A stretch of 64,000 nt of DNA, from NCBI GenBank assembly GCA_963706025.1, contig CAVPLM010000005.1, forward strand, positions 1,139,650-1,203,649, in the 5' to 3' direction. The translations under genes were made by a program, and so were the position numbers. The notes below the pieces were generated by a model. That model did not search any database. It saw only the letters and a program-made list of their open reading frames with translations, and had not been told where the DNA came from. Positions 41,402-51,811 of the stretch are shown here, in pieces. The stretch comes from an uncultured Actinomycetes bacterium (lineage in GTDB: Bacteria > Actinomycetota > Thermoleophilia > RBG-16-64-13). Each line of letters opens with the position of its first letter. The stretch's first letter is position 1.

Positions 41402-44400
41402 CTATCGGGCCAATTCCACCTCAACGTAGTGGTCGCGCCGGTCATCCACGAGAGGGATGGTGCTCTGAAGGGGCCCGCTCTGGTCGAGATCTACGCCATC
41501 CACGGTGACGAGTCTTACACTCTGCACCCCGAGCGGCTCGGGTTGCTGTTCAGGATCACCCGGCCGGCTTTCGGTCAGCTTGAAAGTGATGTGATAGAAA
41601 GTCTCGCGATAACGGTAGTGGATCTTGCATGATTCCCAGTCCTTCGGGATCAGCGGCGCCAGGCGCAGCTTGTCCACCTCCAAACGGAGGCCGATCAGCG
41701 TCTCCACGGCCAACCTGTACATCCATCCCGCTGCGCCCGTGTACCAGGTCCAACCTCCCCGACCGGTATGCGGCGGGGCACCGTAGATATCAGCGCTCAT
41801 GACGTAGGGTTCCACTTGGTACAGTTCGCTCTCCCCCGGCTGATCCCCATGATGGATAGGATTGAGCATCGAGAACAACTCCCATGCCCGCTCCCGGTCA
41901 CCGATCATGGCGAACGCCATCGCAGCCCATACTGCGGCATGGGTGTACTGGCCCCCGTTTTCGCGGACGCCGGGCACGTAGCCTTTGATGTAGCCGGGCT
42001 CCAGGGAGGAGGCGTCGAAGGCTGGATCCAGCAGCTTGATGAGACCCGCGTCGCGCATAACCAGGAGCCTATCTACCGCCGCCATAGCCTGACGGGCGCG
42101 CAGAGGGTCTCCGGCCTCGGATATCACCGCCCAGCTCTGGCTGATCGAGTCGATACGGCATTCTTCGTTGGCAGAAGAACCCAGAGGCGTGCCGTCGTCG
42201 AAGTATGCCCGCCGATACCAGCCGCCGTCCCAAGCATGCGCCTCTATGTTGGCCCTGAGTTCCTCCGCCTGTCCCGTGCACAACCGGGCCAGTTCATCGT
42301 CTCCACGACCGCGGGCCAGGTCCCCGAACAGGCGGAGGTTCTCGTGAAGGAACCAAGCGAGCCACACGCTCTCCCCCTTGCCCTCACGACCGACGCGGTT
42401 CATGCCGTCGTTCCAGTCGCCGGTCCCCATGAGCGGCAGTCCGTGGCGACCGAACCGTAGGCCGTGCTTGATGGCCCGCACGCAGTGCTCATACAGGGTC
42501 GCGATATCGGGGGAGCGTTGCGGGAGGTCAAAGTAGGCCTCTTCTTCCGGAGTCAATTCTCGACCTTCAAGAAACGCTACCGGTTCGTCAAGGACCCCCG
42601 TGTCACCGGTCGAGGACACATACCGGCACGTCGCATAGGGCAACCAGAGATAGTCGTCGGACGAATGCGTGCGCACGCCCTGGCCCCCGGGTGGATGCCA
42701 CCAGTGTTGGACGTCACCCTCGCGAAACTGGCGCTCGGCGCAGCGGAGCAGCTGCTCGCGCGCGAGCCACGGAGTCGTGTGAATCAGAGCCATCGTGTCC
42801 TGCAATTGGTCCCGGAAGCCGTAGGCACCACCCGATTGGTAGTAGCCGCTGCGCCCCCAGCACCGGCAGGAAAGGGTCTGATACACCAGCCATCCGTTGG
42901 CCAGCACGTCGAGCGCGCGGTCCGGAGTCTCGAGATACACGGCGCCCAAGACGTGGTTCCAGTGCGCCCAGACCGCCTCTAGGGCTTGGCGGGCGCCGGC
43001 CGGGCCCCCGAAGCGCTGCACGAGCTGCCGGGCCTGGTCGACGTCGTCTGCCGCTCCGACGACGAAGACGACCTCCCTCTCCTGTTCGTCGTCCAGTTCG
43101 ACTTGGGTCTGCATCGCCGCGCAGGGGTCCAGTCCGGCGCCCGTCTTGCCCGACAGGCGCATGCGGCTCATGGCGGCTGGGTCGGCCAGGGAGCCGTTTC
43201 GTCCAATGAACTCGGTGCGGTTTCCGGTGACAGTCCGCCGCACTTCGCTTGCCTGGACGAAGGCCACCCGGTTGGGCCACTGACGAGAATAGGGGTTGCG
43301 AGCGAAGATCGCCCCACTGTGGGCATCCTTTTCGGTCAGAACGTGCATCAGGTTGGCGTGCCGCCATTCGCCCAGTACCAGTTCCCAGTACCCCGTAAGC
43401 GAGAGTCGCCGAGGCCGTCCAGAGTGGTTGCGGAGCTTCACAGAAACGAACTTCACAGGCGCGTCCATCGCGACATACGTGGACAACTCCGAGAAGATGC
43501 CGGACTCGTCATGCTCGAACAAACTGTAGCCGAACCCGTGCCGGCAAACGTACCCGGACCGGCCGGGAGCCGGCAACGGTGTGGGCGACCAGAAGGCGCC
43601 CGTTTCCTCATCCCGAATGTAGAACGCCTCCCCACTGCTGTCGCCGACCGAGTCGTTGTGAAAAGTGGTCAGGCGGTATTCGTGAGCGTTCTCCACCCAC
43701 GTATACGCGCTCCCGCTCTCGCTGACCACCGTTCCGACGAAGGGGCTCGCGATCACGTTCACCCACGGTGCAGGCGTGCTCCGCCCGGGTTCCAGGCTGA
43801 TGACATACTCGCGGCCGTCGGGCGTGAAGCCGCCGAGGCCGTTGTGGAAGATGCTGTCTCGCTCCGGTAGCGGCTCGATCGCTTCGGCCGCCGGCTGACG
43901 CGAGGGCTCGAGGCCTCCCGGCAGGCGCTCGGCCGGCGCGCGACGTTGCGCCTGCTCGGCAAGTGTCTCGGTGCCGGCGAGCACCACGCGGGCGACGGTC
44001 TGGAACAACACCCGATCCTCTTCGGATAGCTCCTCCGCGCGCCGGACGAAGACGCCCCCGGGTTTGTCGATAACGGCGGCTTCGGGCCCTGCGTTGATCA
44101 GGCCCATGATCTCGTCCTGGAGGACCGCTCGGTAGCCCGAGAAGTCCTCGTTCAGAATTACCATGTCCGCAGCCAGGCCCTTGATCCTCCAGTAAGCGTG
44201 AGCCTGCAGGGCCTGCTTCACCAGGTCGATGCGACTCAGGTCGGCGATGCGTACCAGGACGATGGGTAGGTCCCCCGAGACGCCGAAGCGCCAAAGCCCA
44301 GATTGCCCAAGCTGGTTGCGCGCCATGATGCTGGGATTGGCACGCCTAAGAGCACTGCCGTGGATGATCGAGGTAGCCAGCCGGCCGTAGACCTGGGCAT

Positions 44401-47400
44401 CCGCCTCGGTGACATTGAGGACGCGCAATACCTCCTGGCTCTGGAACCAGGCCATCTCGAACGCGCGCTCTACGAAGCGCCGATCGCCATACTTCTCGAG
44501 CAGAGCCAAGGCCGCTTCGCGGCTCTCCGCGACGCCGGAGATCATGTGCACGGTGGCCGACCCGTCGGGAGACAGCGCCACCGAGCTGCGGATGGCCACG
44601 ATGGGATCAAGAACCGGCCCCTCAGTGTTGGACAGTGCCACCCGTCCGGGGGCTTTGTCGAATACCACCGGGTTCGTCGCTGTTCTCCCCCGGCCTATGA
44701 ACCGAGCGCGGTCGGTCTCATATGAGGTCTGACCGGCGGCCGTTCCAGGCGCTACCAACTGGTGGAACATCCACGGTGTCTGCTCCTCGGGAGTTCGGGG
44801 CCGCCGCTTGCAGAGAATGGCTCGATGCCGGGGAAGGATCTCGGTCTGCACGAACAGGTTGCTGAAGGCGCGATGGGCCAGATCGGCATTCGCAGGCGCC
44901 ATGACTACTTCCGCATAGCTCGTCACCTCGATCTCGCGGGCGTCGTCGGACAGATTGGTCAGAGTGACACGGCGGATCTCGACGTCGTCTTCGGGCGACA
45001 CACTGATCTCTGTATGCGCCTCGATGGCATGATCGACTCTACGGTATTCGGCGCGTGCCTGTACGAAGATCGCCTCGTAACGCTCGGCTTTGCTTCGCGT
45101 TGGCTGATAGGCGGTCGACCAGTAGCTCCCCGTCTTGAGATCGCGTAGGTAGATGAACGTGCCATAGCTGTCGCACGTCGCATCCTCGCGCCAACGCGTC
45201 ACGGCCAGGTCTTGCCAGTTGCTGTAGCTCCCTCCCGCGTGGGTAGCCATAACGTGGTAGCGACCGTTCGACAGCAGGTGAACCTCGGGTAGCGGCGTGT
45301 TCGGGTCGGTGAGCACGCGATGGATGGCCCCCGCCTCCAGGACGGCGGCGCGGCCCGCCTCGGCCACCTCACCCGCACGTGGGCGCACAGCGACGGCATG
45401 TTTCGGCACCCGTTCCTGCAGCAGTAGTTCGGTGGTGCGGACAACCGGGTCAGAGAGAAATCGGCGCTGCATGGGTGCATCGAGCAACACGTGGTCGAGC
45501 GCCAGCAGACTCATCCCCTGGTGGTGGGCCATGAAGCAGCGCACGACAGAGTGGTTCGTCCCCGGCAACACGCGCGACGGCGTGTAGTCGATGGCTTCGT
45601 ACAGCCCGTAGTCGCCGAGAAAACCAGCGGCGGTGAGGGTCTGTAGATTGCGACAAGCGTCACGGGGGACGACCGTCAGCGCGAGCGCAGTCGCATAAGG
45701 AGCGATGACCAGGTCGTCCGCCAGTCCGCGCTTGAAGCCCAGCCCGGGGATGCCGAAAGCCCGGTACTGATAGACCTGATTCATATCGACGGCGTTGTAA
45801 CACGACTCAGAGATGCCCCAGGGGACGTGACGCCGCCGTCCGTAATCGATCTGGCGCGAGACAGCGGCCTGGCAGGCCTGTTCCAGCAGTGTGTTCTCGT
45901 AGCTGGGCAGGAACAGCCGCGGCATGAGGTACTCGAACATCGAACCGCTCCACGAGATCAAGCTGACGTCGCCACCATGACTCGTCAGCAGGCGGCCGAG
46001 AGCGAACCAGTGTTTTTGGGGCACCTGACCCTCGGCGATGAGCAAGAAACTCGTCAGGCGGGCTTCGGATGCCAGCAGGTCGTACCAGGCGGGGTCTCGC
46101 CGCCGCTCGCCCATGTCGTAGCCGATGCTCAGCAGGTCTCGCGCCGGATCGTAGAGAAACTCGAAATCCATCGCCGAAAGCTCACGGCACCGCGCGATCA
46201 GACCGTCGATCATCCTCAGCCGTTTTTCGGCCGGGGATCTCCCCTCGGGGAACCGTTCGCCCAGTTCATCGGGAACGGTTTCTGCTGCGGCCACCTCCTC
46301 CAAGGTAGGGAGCCTGCCTGAGTATCGAGGTTCGGGTACCAGCGACCTCAGATCGTCTCGGAATCTGCGGCATTGGCGGTTGAGCGCGCGGGCCCAGTAC
46401 TTGAGCTCGCCCCCATTCCTCGCGGACGGCGCGGCCACCAATGCCTTGGTGGCCCCATAGAGCTCGTCCAGCAGCGCCTGCGCGCTTGCCAGCGTGTCCC
46501 CGCCACCATTCGCCGAGTGAAGCGTGCTCTGCAGATGCTTGATCTGCTGCTCTAACTCTGGAGCAACGGGCGAGCCCGTGTGGGCGGCCAGCGCAAGAAG
46601 AGTGTCTTCGAGGCCGTCGAAAGCGCGCCTGCCAAGCACCGGCTGGTTCTTCAGCTCACTGAGGGCCGCCCGCAGGGCGAGCAGGCTCCCGACCAGATTG
46701 CCGCTATCGACTGAGGAGATGTACTGCGGGTGGAGTGGTAGCAAGGTGCGCGTGTCGTACCAGTTGTAGAAATGGCCGCGGAAACGCTCGAGTTTCTCCA
46801 TCGTTCTCAGGGCCCGATGTGTCCTGCGCAGGAGCTCGCCGGTGGAGATGTATCCGAAATCGTGCGCGGCCAGATTCGCCAGAAGCGCCATTCCCATGTT
46901 CGTCGGAGATGTGCGCGGGGCGACCGTGGGAGTCGGATACTCCTGGTAGTTGTCGGGCGGCAGCCAGTTGTGCTCGGGACCGACGAAATCTGTGAAGTAG
47001 CGCCATGTCCGCCGGGCAAGTGCCCGCAGGAACACCTGCTGGGGGGCGCTCAGGCTCTCTGCCGGCCGGCGCAGGGGCCTGCTGATCCACCAGCCGACGA
47101 TGGGCGACACCACCCAGAGCATCAGGATCGGGAGAACAAAGGGCCAATCGATCAAGCGGAGGTTCGGCACGAAGACCAGGATCACCCCTAGGCCGACGGC
47201 CAGAACCGGGGCGATCCACATCTCCCGAAGGAAGCCCCGCCATGTGCGGCGTGCGTTGCGGCGGCCATAGGAGGGCATGTGCCACAGCAACAGGCCGCGC
47301 CGGGTGAAGAGCATCTTCACGCCCGAGCGGAGAATGGCGTCCAGGCAGATCAAGGCGTCGTACGGCAGGAAGACCAGCGTCAACAGCGCCCGCGTGAGTG

Positions 47401-50128
47401 GACGGACGGAGGACCTGCCCGTCAACGACACGTGTACCGGCCATTTCCGTTCCTTGGGCTTTCGGATGAACTCGAAGGCCAACGTCAGCAGAGGAGGCAG
47501 GAACAACACCCCAAGAACCAGCAACTCCCACAGCCACGAGGATCCTGGACCCCACAGCCATCCCCCCAGCAGCAAGGCGACGAGCGCCGCCGGCACGAGG
47601 CTGCGGCGCAGGTTGTCGAGAAGCTTCCAGATCGACAATGCCGACAGTGGATTCGGCCGCCGCTTCCCATCCGGCCCGGGCACGCGTGGAAGCAGCCAGC
47701 CGGCAAGCTGCCAGTCACCTCTTATCCACCGATGCCTCCGACTGGCCTCCATGGCATAGCTGGTCGGATGCTCTTCGATGAGGTCGACGTCCGTAACCAG
47801 AGCCGAGCGCGCGTAGCCGCTCTCCAGTAGGTCGTGGCTGAGGATCAGGTTCTCTGGAAAACGCCCATGTACGGCCAGTGAGAACGCCTCGACATCGTAG
47901 ATGCCCTTGCCGACGAAAGAACCTTGGCCGAAGAGATCCTGATAGACATCGGATACCTCGCGCGTGTACGGATCGATGCCTGCTTCGCCGGCGAACAGAC
48001 GCGTGAACCAAGAACCGCTGGTGCTCGTGAGACTGATCGAGACGCGCGGTTGCAGGATCGCGTACCCCTCGACCATGCGCCCCTTCTTCGCGTCGTACAG
48101 CGGTCGATTGAGCGGGTGAGCCATGTTGCCGATGAGCGTGTACGCTGCGTCCCGGGGGAGTTGCGTATCGGTGTCGAGGGCGATGACATACCTGATGGAC
48201 CCGAGGACGGACCGATCACCGACTATGTCGGAAAACGCCGAGTCCGCCCCACCCACGATCCCGGTCGGCGGGGCCCCTTCCGACCGTGCCTCCAGCAGGA
48301 GCGCGTTGAACTGCTCGAGCTTGCCCCGCTTCCGTTCGTAGCCCATCCAGATCCGGTCGTAAGGATTCCACACCCTCGGGCGGTGAAATAGATAGAAGAT
48401 GCCGGGGCGGTCCTCGCTGTACGCATCATTGAGCGCCTCAATGCCGGCGCGAGCCAAGGCGACCAGCTTCTCGTCGCCCGGCTGGGTGGGCTCAGGAGCG
48501 TCCCGGAAGTCCGTGAGCAGAGCGAAGAACATGTTCGAATCGCGATTGCCGAGATAGCGGATCTCCAAGGCTTCCAGAAGGTTCGACACGTCTTCTTCGC
48601 AGCTGATCAAGGTGGGGACTACCACCATGGTCCGGTGGTCAACCGGTATGCCGCCGGAGAAATCCAGTCGGGGCAATGTGCGCGGGGGCACGGTGACCGT
48701 GATCATCATGTTGACGATGGGAACGACCAGCGCCGAGGCGGAAAGAAGGCCGACAATGGCGAAAAACACCGACCAGCCGTAACCCTGCTCGAATGCACCG
48801 CCATAGACCAACAGCAAAGCCACGGCCAGCCCGGTGAGAAGCAGAATGGGCGCAAGGTACAAGAACAGGCGAAGAGGCCGCGCAGCCCGGGTGGCCCGCG
48901 CCATGAGCGGCACCTTGCTGTCCATCGCCCGCTCCAGCGCCGGCCGGCCCCTACCGATGAGATAGTAACCGACGTGGGCGGTGCGATCTTCTGGGCCCGA
49001 TCGGTGGGCGGCGGCTTGGGCAAGAGCGATGGCCGCCCGCGTCACTTCCAACTCGCTATGCACGCTGCCGCTCGTTACCGCCTCGATAGCGTGGCGGTAG
49101 CGGTCGCGGGTAGGGAAGTCCTGAAACGCGTAGACTCCTGCGGGATCCAGGCGCAGTAGATGCTCGATGAGGCTGAGTTCCTCGACGAACTTGCCCCAGT
49201 CCATTGCGGATATGAACCGCAGGCTCCCCACGCTGTTCGCAATGGAGATCTGGTCGACCGCCGCTGTGTGGCCGGCCGCCTCCATGAGCTGTACTGCGCT
49301 CACTTCCTGCTCGGAAAGTCGATGCTCCAGCCAGGCCTGGACGAAAGTCAGGGCCGGCCATTGGCCCTGCAGCCGCGCATAGAAGTCCTCCACAAACGGG
49401 GCGGTCAGCGGCACGTCGGCGTCCGCGAACTCCGCCAGGACGTGGATGAGCCGTCCCGGCTCCTTTTCGGCGACTGTGAGCAGACGATCGGCCCAGGCGA
49501 TGGCCCTGTCCCGGTCCTCGCGACGACGGGCGATGCGCACCCCCACCCGGCGAACGTTTTCCAGCAAAGCCAACCGCAACATGATCGGGAAAGCCCACAA
49601 CTCCCCCAGGTTCAGCGGTGCGGCGGTCTGATAAGCGGCCACAAAGGCCCTGGCGTTGTCCCGGTCGACCCGACCATCCTGATGCGAGATCAGCTCCAGG
49701 GCGACGTCATAGATCCGCGGATAGTCGTCTAAGGTGCCGCCGATCAGTCGCGGCAGCTGCCGGCTGTAGCGGCGGGGCAGGTCCCGGCGGGCCAGGGCGA
49801 TCTGCTCCTCGATGAGATAGAAGTTGTCGAGCAACCAGGTCTCTGCCGGCAGGATCCGCTGTCCCTGTGTCCCGGCGGCGGTGAGCACGTCATAGGCGGT
49901 CACCAGCACGCGCTCGTTCTCCGCCAGCCGGGAAAGCAGCCTGTCCCTCCCAGGACGTCGATCGACCCTGTGGCTGTCCGCCAGCGCCACGGCGTGGTGC
50001 TTCAACTGGTCGGCACTGAGCAATTCCAAACGCAGCAGCTCAGAATCGAGTCCGGTGTGCAACCGATCTCGCTCTTGCGCCGTGGACCCGAGCATTCGGG
50101 ATACTATGAGCTGCCCCTTTCGTAACAC
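41402..50128 (-). CDS. ndvB: Cyclic beta-1,2-glucan synthase (GT84 plus GH94 phosphorylase)
   Basis: 2908 aa; WMGYERKRGKL, LDTDT, LSHDLLE, RWIRGDWQ, SWSGSMFEYLMP, GAYGFRDQLQD, GDWNDGMN and RENGGQYTH. Confidence 0.95.
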   Translation of the reverse strand: MLRKGQLIVSRMLGSTAQERDRLHTGLDSELLRLELLSADQLKHHAVALADSHRVDRRPGRDRLLSRLAENERVLVTAYDVLTAAGTQGQRILPAETWLLDNFYLIEEQIALARRDLPRRYSRQLPRLIGGTLDDYPRIYDVALELISHQDGRVDRDNARAFVAAYQTAAPLNLGELWAFPIMLRLALLENVRRVGVRIARRREDRDRAIAWADRLLTVAEKEPGRLIHVLAEFADADVPLTAPFVEDFYARLQGQWPALTFVQAWLEHRLSEQEVSAVQLMEAAGHTAAVDQISIANSVGSLRFISAMDWGKFVEELSLIEHLLRLDPAGVYAFQDFPTRDRYRHAIEAVTSGSVHSELEVTRAAIALAQAAAHRSGPEDRTAHVGYYLIGRGRPALERAMDSKVPLMARATRAARPLRLFLYLAPILLLTGLAVALLLVYGGAFEQGYGWSVFFAIVGLLSASALVVPIVNMMITVTVPPRTLPRLDFSGGIPVDHRTMVVVPTLISCEEDVSNLLEALEIRYLGNRDSNMFFALLTDFRDAPEPTQPGDEKLVALARAGIEALNDAYSEDRPGIFYLFHRPRVWNPYDRIWMGYERKRGKLEQFNALLLEARSEGAPPTGIVGGADSAFSDIVGDRSVLGSIRYVIALDTDTQLPRDAAYTLIGNMAHPLNRPLYDAKKGRMVEGYAILQPRVSISLTSTSGSWFTRLFAGEAGIDPYTREVSDVYQDLFGQGSFVGKGIYDVEAFSLAVHGRFPENLILSHDLLESGYARSALVTDVDLIEEHPTSYAMEASRRHRWIRGDWQLAGWLLPRVPGPDGKRRPNPLSALSIWKLLDNLRRSLVPAALVALLLGGWLWGPGSSWLWELLVLGVLFLPPLLTLAFEFIRKPKERKWPVHVSLTGRSSVRPLTRALLTLVFLPYDALICLDAILRSGVKMLFTRRGLLLWHMPSYGRRNARRTWRGFLREMWIAPVLAVGLGVILVFVPNLRLIDWPFVLPILMLWVVSPIVGWWISRPLRRPAESLSAPQQVFLRALARRTWRYFTDFVGPEHNWLPPDNYQEYPTPTVAPRTSPTNMGMALLANLAAHDFGYISTGELLRRTHRALRTMEKLERFRGHFYNWYDTRTLLPLHPQYISSVDSGNLVGSLLALRAALSELKNQPVLGRRAFDGLEDTLLALAAHTGSPVAPELEQQIKHLQSTLHSANGGGDTLASAQALLDELYGATKALVAAPSARNGGELKYWARALNRQCRRFRDDLRSLVPEPRYSGRLPTLEEVAAAETVPDELGERFPEGRSPAEKRLRMIDGLIARCRELSAMDFEFLYDPARDLLSIGYDMGERRRDPAWYDLLASEARLTSFLLIAEGQVPQKHWFALGRLLTSHGGDVSLISWSGSMFEYLMPRLFLPSYENTLLEQACQAAVSRQIDYGRRRHVPWGISESCYNAVDMNQVYQYRAFGIPGLGFKRGLADDLVIAPYATALALTVVPRDACRNLQTLTAAGFLGDYGLYEAIDYTPSRVLPGTNHSVVRCFMAHHQGMSLLALDHVLLDAPMQRRFLSDPVVRTTELLLQERVPKHAVAVRPRAGEVAEAGRAAVLEAGAIHRVLTDPNTPLPEVHLLSNGRYHVMATHAGGSYSNWQDLAVTRWREDATCDSYGTFIYLRDLKTGSYWSTAYQPTRSKAERYEAIFVQARAEYRRVDHAIEAHTEISVSPEDDVEIRRVTLTNLSDDAREIEVTSYAEVVMAPANADLAHRAFSNLFVQTEILPRHRAILCKRRPRTPEEQTPWMFHQLVAPGTAAGQTSYETDRARFIGRGRTATNPVVFDKAPGRVALSNTEGPVLDPIVAIRSSVALSPDGSATVHMISGVAESREAALALLEKYGDRRFVERAFEMAWFQSQEVLRVLNVTEADAQVYGRLATSIIHGSALRRANPSIMARNQLGQSGLWRFGVSGDLPIVLVRIADLSRIDLVKQALQAHAYWRIKGLAADMVILNEDFSGYRAVLQDEIMGLINAGPEAAVIDKPGGVFVRRAEELSEEDRVLFQTVARVVLAGTETLAEQAQRRAPAERLPGGLEPSRQPAAEAIEPLPERDSIFHNGLGGFTPDGREYVISLEPGRSTPAPWVNVIASPFVGTVVSESGSAYTWVENAHEYRLTTFHNDSVGDSSGEAFYIRDEETGAFWSPTPLPAPGRSGYVCRHGFGYSLFEHDESGIFSELSTYVAMDAPVKFVSVKLRNHSGRPRRLSLTGYWELVLGEWRHANLMHVLTEKDAHSGAIFARNPYSRQWPNRVAFVQASEVRRTVTGNRTEFIGRNGSLADPAAMSRMRLSGKTGAGLDPCAAMQTQVELDDEQEREVVFVVGAADDVDQARQLVQRFGGPAGARQALEAVWAHWNHVLGAVYLETPDRALDVLANGWLVYQTLSCRCWGRSGYYQSGGAYGFRDQLQDTMALIHTTPWLAREQLLRCAERQFREGDVQHWWHPPGGQGVRTHSSDDYLWLPYATCRYVSSTGDTGVLDEPVAFLEGRELTPEEEAYFDLPQRSPDIATLYEHCVRAIKHGLRFGRHGLPLMGTGDWNDGMNRVGREGKGESVWLAWFLHENLRLFGDLARGRGDDELARLCTGQAEELRANIEAHAWDGGWYRRAYFDDGTPLGSSANEECRIDSISQSWAVISEAGDPLRARQAMAAVDRLLVMRDAGLIKLLDPAFDASSLEPGYIKGYVPGVRENGGQYTHAAVWAAMAFAMIGDRERAWELFSMLNPIHHGDQPGESELYQVEPYVMSADIYGAPPHTGRGGWTWYTGAAGWMYRLAVETLIGLRLEVDKLRLAPLIPKDWESCKIHYRYRETFYHITFKLTESRPGDPEQQPEPLGVQSVRLVTVDGVDLDQSGPLQSTIPLVDDRRDHYVEVELAR

Positions 50129-50305
50129 ATGGCGCGAGAATCCGCGCTTTCTGAGGTCTTTAGTACCCAGATCAATGCCCGCCGACGCCCACTCGTGTGA
50201 ACGCCTCGGCCACGGCCCTCTCCCCCAGTCCCATCATTGTCGTATTTGTTCACGATCAGACCGGGCGCTAGACTCATAGGCACCACCTAGCAACTGAGGT
50301 TCACC

Positions 50306-50818
50306 ATGGATTTTCTCGAACTAGTCGCGTCGCGGTATTCGGTCCGCTCCTACCAGCCTCGGCCGGTCGAACAAGACAAGCTGGACCGCATCCTCGAGGC
50401 CGCCCGCCTGGCCCCGTTCGGGTCGCGTCAACAGCCCTGGAAGTTCGTGGTGGTGCGCGACGCCGAGATTCGTGGCCGGCTGGCGGCAGCCTGCTCCAAT
50501 CAGCAGTTCATCGCCCTTGCCCCGGTGGTCATCGCCGGGGTGGGCTTGATGCCCGACCGCATCATGCGCTGCGGGGTTCCCGGCGATCCGGTGGATGTGG
50601 CTATTGCCATGGAACACCTCGCCCTCGCGGCCACGGCCGAAGGGCTGGGCACCTGCTGGATCGGGGCCTTTCATCAGGATCAGGTCCGCGAGCTGTTGGG
50701 CATCCCGGAGTCGGCCAAGGTGATCGAGGTCATGACCCTGGGTTACCCGGCAGACCGCCCGCCATCCAAAGACCGCAAGCCGATCAGCGAGATCGTCTGC
50801 TACGATCGCTGGCAATGA
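50306..50818 (+). CDS. Nitroreductase family protein
   Basis: RYSVRSY, AP.G...QPWKF, GLGTCWIG and LGYP. Confidence 0.92.
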   Translation: MDFLELVASRYSVRSYQPRPVEQDKLDRILEAARLAPFGSRQQPWKFVVVRDAEIRGRLAAACSNQQFIALAPVVIAGVGLMPDRIMRCGVPGDPVDVAIAMEHLALAATAEGLGTCWIGAFHQDQVRELLGIPESAKVIEVMTLGYPADRPPSKDRKPISEIVCYDRWQ

Positions 50819-51052
50819 GCGCGCACGCGGGATCGGCCTCGATCATTTCGGCCGAGCATACCCCCGCCGGTGGCCGTTCTTTCAACGAATTCACAGCATG
50901 CCGAGCGGTTCGCTCTGAGGGGTGGTCTTCTCATGGACGCCTGGAGCGCCTCCAGACGTATGCGCGACCGAGGTCGCATCCGGCAGGCTCACCTATGATG
51001 GTGACCGCAGTGATACTCGAGGCGGTTCCTGCGGAGGAGAGGGATGCATGCG

Positions 51053-51811
51053 ATGAAAGTCTGCGTAGTCGGGGCCTCTGGGAAGCTTGGCCGGTACATG
51101 GTGCAGCACGCGCTTGACCGGGGCTACGAAGTGGTCGGCGTCTGCCGGGAGCAGAGCGCAGGCAAACTCGATGCGTTTAAAGGGCGTATCACCGTCATTC
51201 CCGGCGCTACGAACGACCGCCAGGTCATCAAGAAGGCGGTCGAGGGGTGCGACGGGGTACTCACCGTGCTGGTCCCGTGGGGGGTCCACCACTACTCGTC
51301 GGGAACGGCCCAGGCGGTGCTCGACCACGCGCGTCCGGACGCGCGTCTCGTATTCTCCTGCGGCTGGCATATCACCCGGGACGGCCAGGACGTGTACTCG
51401 CGGAGATTCAAAGCGCTCGTGAAAGCCGCCGGCCGGCTCGGACGGCTGCTTCGCACCGTGGACATCGACGACCAGGTGGAAGCGTGCCGGCGGGTGTTTG
51501 CCAGCGATACCCGTTGGACGGTCGTGCGCGGGAGCGACCTCGAAGAGGGCGAGAGCCAGGGCCTGCCGGTGTGGAGCAGGCACGTGGGCGACCCCATCCT
51601 CGAGAGCAACATCACGCGCCGCGTGGACTTCGCCCTCTTCATGGTCGCGGCTCTCGAGAACGACGAGCTCGTCCACGAAGCCCCGGCGATCGTCGGCTGC
51701 CGGACACCCTCGGCGCTCGCATACGCCGCCGTGGAGAAGGCGATCGCGACGTGTGCGCCAAAGGGAGGCTGCTCGCCATCTAAGGCACCTCCCCATGGAC
51801 CTGCGGAGTAG
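51053..51811 (+). CDS. NAD(P)H-binding (atypical SDR/flavin reductase-like) protein
   Basis: VVGASGKLG, WTVVR and RVDFA. Confidence 0.85.
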   Translation: MKVCVVGASGKLGRYMVQHALDRGYEVVGVCREQSAGKLDAFKGRITVIPGATNDRQVIKKAVEGCDGVLTVLVPWGVHHYSSGTAQAVLDHARPDARLVFSCGWHITRDGQDVYSRRFKALVKAAGRLGRLLRTVDIDDQVEACRRVFASDTRWTVVRGSDLEEGESQGLPVWSRHVGDPILESNITRRVDFALFMVAALENDELVHEAPAIVGCRTPSALAYAAVEKAIATCAPKGGCSPSKAPPHGPAE

